In this document: piece by piece, positions 58,801-62,624 of the stretch
Layout of the letters: each line of letters opens with the position of its first letter
Position numbering within the stretch: the first letter of the stretch is position 1
Virus record (IMG/VR): IMGVR_UViG_3300023179_000109
Location: 1 to 62,624 of that record
Strand: one strand, 5' to 3'
DNA length: 62,624 nt
DNA from: a virus
Taxonomy: Duplodnaviria > Caudoviricetes
Notes under the pieces: model-generated
Seen by the model: the letters and a program-made list of their open reading frames with translations, nothing else
The model's database searches: none
Told to the model about the DNA's origin: nothing
Program-made: the position numbers and the translations under genes

Positions 58801-59121
58801 CAAAACAACATCAATATTAGTTGTTAAACCTAATGATGTGTTGATATCAGAAACTTCTTTAGTTTTGTAACCTACGTAAGTTACTTTAATCACGTAAGGC
58901 CCACCAACTCTTGCCGCAGGGATTACATATCCACCTTGAGAGTTTGTTGAAGAACCGTACTTTGTACCTGTTGGTTGGTGAACAGCGTTAACTGTTGCTC
59001 CGACCAATTTTTCACCTTTTTCATTCTTTACAACACCTGACAGGGTAGAAGTTGTAATCTGCCCGAAAGATGCGATTGTCACGAATAAGGATAAAAGTGA
59101 CATCATGATTGTTTTTTTCAT
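55837..59121 (-). CDS. TonB-dependent receptor (Oar-like, N-terminal carboxypeptidase-regulatory-like domain)
   Basis: signal peptide, LSGVVK...LVGATV, NFTIDG, GAGINAVTRSGTN plug, terminal QFGIRYIF. Confidence 0.9.
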   Translation of the reverse strand: MKKTIMMSLLSLFVTIASFGQITTSTLSGVVKNEKGEKLVGATVNAVHQPTGTKYGSSTNSQGGYVIPAARVGGPYVIKVTYVGYKTKEVSDINTSLGLTTNIDVVLVEDSKSLKEVVVVGTKNNVFSKDKTGASQQFGRRELQTIPITGARTINAITKYNPLGDGSSFGAQDSRLNNFTIDGSQFNNGFGLGSSAQAGGRTGSTAISLDAIDQLQVNIAPFDIRQSGFVGAGINAVTRSGTNKIEGSYYQTQRDNSSRYVGNSAYGVPVTASKFDEVVRGFRLGAPIIKDKLFIFGNYEFLEKTEPGTTWTSAGSPLGGAQPTRVQYNDMKTLSDFMKDKFGYVTGPWEGYSNTNASKKFLVRMDWNINDKHKLTARYIHHDSEAEINISNSSSAGAGNRTTQFNSMSFKNSGYIIMDNTRSAVLELNSKLSNTLHNNLIVGYDKQIEDRAYMSGVFPTIDIADGTSARINYISTGFDPFTPGNKLDYNTFHITNNLTKYANKHTLTGGVNFEKYQSNNLFYPASNGVYIFNSLTDFYTAANQSLANGGKPSTLAPYRFQYRYSALPGAVDPMQTLKSTRLDIYGQDEYQVNDKLKVTGGLRIAIIDFQNTALENPAVTAMTFANGEKFNTGVLPKTQKLLEPRLGFNYNVKGENKTQVRGGTGVFTGRPPYVFVSNQVGNNGVLTGFIDVSGAAAAGYGFTANPEKYFIPSTPTLPSTFDLAFTDPNYKFPQVWKTNIAVDQKLPLGLIGSVEYLYNKNINAVHYYNANLKAPVGNFSGVDTRALYARTDAGVRVNNNVSMGAVLTDNDDTYYNALSVKLEKPYSKGFFGSIAYTKSNAKDYMSGGSIASGSWQSIRSVNGNNNPLLSNSDFVVPDRAVGLLGYRIEYGKKGYGAATSVTLGYVGQRNGGFSYIVAGDLNGDRVNNNELIFVPNKGSDIKFAPLVVGTRTYTEAEQQAAFEAYINQDEYLSSRKGQYAERNAMFLPWLHRFDLSVVQDFFVNVKGQRNTIQLRFDILNFGNMVNDKWGVSQRATNPTILTYSSVVNNEPVYKLATQKLADGSTVLLKDTYSRNSSVFDVWTAQFGIRYIFGR

Positions 59122-59295
59122 GTTTGTTTGTTTTTTGGTTTATAAATAAAAAATCCCGAAGACAAGAGTCTACGGGACTAGATTATTAAAATTTTGATAT
59201 ATTATTTTCGTCTGGTAATAGTTCATAAAAGATTTTTTCACCTGTATATAAGTAGTCTTGTTTTGTTACAAATATATTAATAAATCTTTAACAAA

Positions 59296-59679
59296 TCAAA
59301 TATTTTCCTTCAAGTAGTCACACATGTAGTCTTGACAAGTTTTTGGTCTAATATCGTAAATAGAACACGCTTTGATTTGTGTGTTATAAAAAATACACGG
59401 TTTTTTCATACTTGAAAAATTAATTTTTAATGCGGGATATGAGTTAGGATTTTGCCAAGTTGATTTATTTGGGAAAATAGTTTTCCCTTTTTCGTAACTA
59501 TAAAAAATTTCATCAAATTCAAATTCACGACCAAATTTTTCATTTAATTTAGTTAAGAATTCTTCTGAATCAGGATGTGGACCAATAATGAAATCACGGT
59601 CCTCAATTGAGCAACAACTACCGTGATAGCCTGGACTACCCCAACATTTGTTACTACATATATCGCATATTTTACTCAT
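59296..59679 (-). CDS. YkgJ-family Cys-cluster protein
   Basis: CDIC...CC...CIFY...CSIYDIRPKTCQDYMC. Confidence 0.8.
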   Translation of the reverse strand: MSKICDICSNKCWGSPGYHGSCCSIEDRDFIIGPHPDSEEFLTKLNEKFGREFEFDEIFYSYEKGKTIFPNKSTWQNPNSYPALKINFSSMKKPCIFYNTQIKACSIYDIRPKTCQDYMCDYLKENI

Positions 59680-59716
59680 AATTAAAAAAAAATGGTAATC
59701 TTTTCAGATTACCAAG

Positions 59717-60113
59717 TGGTGGAGATGACGGGAGTCGAACCCGTGTCTTACAAAATTAACATAAACAGACTACACGTTTAGTACAACATCGTTTCTCAAT
59801 GTTCCGAAATATTAGATTTGATATATGTGGGAAACCAATCTACAAACAACCTGGTCTCAGAGTTATTTTAAAGGAGCTCTGACCTGTGACCCCTATAGCG
59901 GACTTCTGTTCCTAGGTTATATGTCCTAACCGACCCGAGTAGTTGTTGCTTATATTAAGCTACAACTGGAGCTTCTTCAGCGATTAAGCCTAAAGTAGCC
60001 ATTTTAGCAAAAGTATTGCCGTTTGAATTTTTTCACCGTGGATTTAAGTCATAGATGAATTCTGACTACGTGCCTGCGTACCCTAACTATTGCAATCAAT
60101 ACCAAGCATCCCC
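59717..60113 (-). ncRNA. ssrA: tmRNA
   Basis: 5' GGGGATG, 3' GGTTCGACTCCCGTCATCTCCACCA with G3-U70 Ala identity, internal tag ORF 60020-59955. Confidence 0.92.
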
Positions 60114-60153
60114 AATATTTTAAAGAACTTGAACAAAGATAAGTATAAATATG

Positions 60154-60915
60154 TTATTTACCAAACAAATGTGGGTAGTATTCCTCATAAAAAGGGAATA
60201 TATCATCATCTTTTGTAACTTCTACAATACCAATACCTAAATAAGTTCCTTTAACAGAATCATATTGGTCTGTAAATTCATATGTTTTTCTATGTTTCTT
60301 TTTAATATCATTCCAAGCGAGCTTTGATGGTACTGAAGATTGACTTATTATGTCGTGGAATATTATATATTTTGCACCCAAATTTAATGCTCGTTGATAA
60401 TCTTCTTTGATACACCAATATAGGTGACAACCATCAATAAAAACACAATCAATTTGAGGTTGTGGTTTGTGTATTTTTGGCCCTAAATTATAAAACAAAA
60501 AAACATCGCTTGAATCATGTTGTAGATATGCAAATCTATTTCCCGTAAATTTGTTTTGATAAATGTCCAGTATTTCTGAGGGATTAATAAAATCATTGGC
60601 GTAAGATTCAATATGTGGATTAGATGCTCTCAACACCTCATTTATTATAATGAAAGTTCCTCCCCACCTTACACCGATTTCAAAATAAGAGTTAATTTCT
60701 TTATCTCTTAGATAGGCAATTAGTTTACTTAATTGGTTTGGGTATTGCCAAAACTTAATTCCCCAACCCATGTTAGGTTCAAATTCTTTTGGCATTTCAA
60801 ACAATTGTTCGTTGTTCATACCGAAGGAAGGTAAGATATTTTCAATCTCTTCTTGAGTTGAATTTTTCCAATCAAAATCTTTAACTAACTGTATTGATTC
60901 TTCAATTGTTTTCAT
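60154..60915 (-). CDS. class I SAM-dependent methyltransferase (Methyltransf_24-like)
   Basis: YFEIGVRWGG, DCVFIDGCH, IIFHDI. Confidence 0.8.
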   Translation of the reverse strand: MKTIEESIQLVKDFDWKNSTQEEIENILPSFGMNNEQLFEMPKEFEPNMGWGIKFWQYPNQLSKLIAYLRDKEINSYFEIGVRWGGTFIIINEVLRASNPHIESYANDFINPSEILDIYQNKFTGNRFAYLQHDSSDVFLFYNLGPKIHKPQPQIDCVFIDGCHLYWCIKEDYQRALNLGAKYIIFHDIISQSSVPSKLAWNDIKKKHRKTYEFTDQYDSVKGTYLGIGIVEVTKDDDIFPFYEEYYPHLFGK

Positions 60916-60953
60916 TTGTGAAATATAAATAATTTTTAGTATTTATAAACAAT

Positions 60954-61994
60954 ATGGCGTCGTTTGATACATTTATGGCTTTGAGAGATTATACTAAAGG
61001 TAAAATCTCAAAAAGGGAGTTAGAGGGTTCTGACCCAGACATTTATTATGTTAGAGAGCAAAATTCTAACCCTGGACAAAGTGTTCTTAAATTAGGATTT
61101 AATGATGATAAATTTTGGAAAAATGTAGGTTTAAACGAAGATGATATATGGTTTATGAGGGCTATTAATTCACCTTATTCAGACTATGATTTCATGGACA
61201 GATATAGTATTAAGGACGATTTTGAAAATGGGTATATTATTTTTGACGAATTGGATGAGGATAATATTGAAAAACTAAAATTAATATCAAGATATATTTT
61301 TCCTAAAAAATTTGATTTAGGAGATGACGGATTTAGGTCAGCTTTTGCGGAGAAATTATTAAGTTCATTTAAAAAGCAGACCGAGGATATTCTTGACGAC
61401 TATCACTCCGAAAAAAATTCTGAAATGTTACAAAGTGCTCAAGAAGGTGTCAATAAAGAATTGACTAACTATTTGAATGACTTTGGATTTACCTATATAT
61501 CTGATGACGAATTCTCAACAACGGTAGCAAATCTTATGATGTGGTATATCAGGTTGAATGCTTTACAACTTCCGATTAAAAAATTATTACCTGAAATTTT
61601 TAAAGCAGACAATATTTCTGTAGGTGGGTGGGCTGAAAATTCTTATGAATATCAAAACAAGGATTATTTTGACAGTAGTTCATTTAACAATTACGTTGGT
61701 CGTAAATTAGATGAAATAATTGAAAAGATTGAAGATGGTGCGGAGGAGAATTTTAATATAAAAGACTACATTGATATGGTAGATAGAGTTAGTAAAAAGT
61801 TTGAGGTCGGCAGATGGCATAATTTACCAAAAAAGAAAGACGTTAGATTTTATATTGAAAATTTTGAAATGAATCCAAATAAGGTTATCGTTAAACTTTC
61901 TAAAGCGCTTCAACAAAGAACATTAAAATTGTCGGAAGAAAATTTTTACCATCTACTTTATCAACCTACATTATTTAATTTGGAAGAAATCTAA
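60954..61994 (+). CDS. hypothetical protein
   Basis: ORF after TATTTATA. Confidence 0.6.
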   Translation: MASFDTFMALRDYTKGKISKRELEGSDPDIYYVREQNSNPGQSVLKLGFNDDKFWKNVGLNEDDIWFMRAINSPYSDYDFMDRYSIKDDFENGYIIFDELDEDNIEKLKLISRYIFPKKFDLGDDGFRSAFAEKLLSSFKKQTEDILDDYHSEKNSEMLQSAQEGVNKELTNYLNDFGFTYISDDEFSTTVANLMMWYIRLNALQLPIKKLLPEIFKADNISVGGWAENSYEYQNKDYFDSSSFNNYVGRKLDEIIEKIEDGAEENFNIKDYIDMVDRVSKKFEVGRWHNLPKKKDVRFYIENFEMNPNKVIVKLSKALQQRTLKLSEENFYHLLYQPTLFNLEEI

Positions 61995-62015
61995 TTTTTT
62001 CCTATCTTTGTGTTT

Positions 62016-62624
62016 ATGACACAAAATCTACAATTACTTAAAGACGTTCTAAGTGTTCCAACTAAAACGTATCAGGAAGACCTTATGGTTGAATTCCTAA
62101 AAAATTGGTTGACTGAGAACAATATTGAATTCTTTGTTGACGAGTTCAAAAATGTCTATGCGACAAAACAAGAATCAGTATTAATCGCCCCTGACTTTTA
62201 TTTTCCGTGTGTTATTTCACACACAGACACGGTTCACAATATTGACACAATCAATATTGCTGAAGAATATCTTCCAAACGCTCAAGGTGAAACCAAACTG
62301 GCTTACAAGGCTTATAATGACCTTGGAAGGTCTACGGGTATTGGTGGGGATGATAAATGTGGTGTCTTTGGATGTTTAACATTATTAAAAGAATTACCAT
62401 ATTTGAAGGCAGCATTTTTCGTATCAGAAGAAACTGGTTGTCACGGGTCCAAAAAAGCAAAAGAGGAGTTTTTTCAAAACGTTGGGTATGCAATTCAGTT
62501 TGACGCACCTGAAAACTGGATGATTACAGAAAAGTGTTTTGGTCAAGTTTTATTTGATAGAGATTCTGAATTCTTTAATACCGTTGATAAAGTTCTAACT
62601 GAAGGTATGGATAATGAACGTATG
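62016..62624 (+). CDS. M28/M20-family metallopeptidase (3'-truncated by the window edge)
   Basis: SHTDTVH, GIGGDDKCG, FVSEETGC and QFD motifs; open to the end of the window. Confidence 0.8.
   Translation, partial: MTQNLQLLKDVLSVPTKTYQEDLMVEFLKNWLTENNIEFFVDEFKNVYATKQESVLIAPDFYFPCVISHTDTVHNIDTINIAEEYLPNAQGETKLAYKAYNDLGRSTGIGGDDKCGVFGCLTLLKELPYLKAAFFVSEETGCHGSKKAKEEFFQNVGYAIQFDAPENWMITEKCFGQVLFDRDSEFFNTVDKVLTEGMDNERM

Noticed and set aside
1-62624. Stop-codon reassignment (alternative genetic code) as seen in some large phages
   Set aside because: Known genes (thyA, clpP, ppk2, TonB receptor) are intact in the standard code, coding density is high, and no suppressor anticodon was found.
1-62624. 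Bacterial chromosome origin
   Set aside because: No housekeeping operons, many orphan ORFs, CCA-less tRNA arrays interleaved with small ORFs, an endolysin and homing endonucleases all favour a large phage, although no capsid or terminase gene lies in this window.

Overview
AT-rich, densely coding segment of what is most likely a very large tailed phage (jumbo/mega-phage) infecting Bacteroidetes. Evidence: TAnnTTTG promoters, Bacteroidetes-type lipoproteins and a TonB-dependent receptor, a GH19 endolysin, thyA, clpP, ppk2, tandem carbamoyltransferases, HNH and homing endonucleases, many orphan ORFs, 23 canonical tRNA genes and a tmRNA. The standout signal is regulatory. Each of two tRNA arrays is preceded by a short leader ORF, an antiterminator-like segment and an intrinsic terminator, and the leader codons list the decoding specificities of the downstream tRNAs. 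In leader 46650-46736, 16 consecutive codons cover all 14 downstream tRNA specificities. This suggests a ribosome-mediated attenuator that switches on phage tRNAs when host tRNAs are depleted. Other notable items are a 174-nt tRNA-like RNA, several unexplained structured RNAs between tRNAs, a CsgG/cohesin/beta-barrel envelope operon, and a tmRNA with an unusual tag. All calls come from reading the sequence by eye; no database search or folding program was run.
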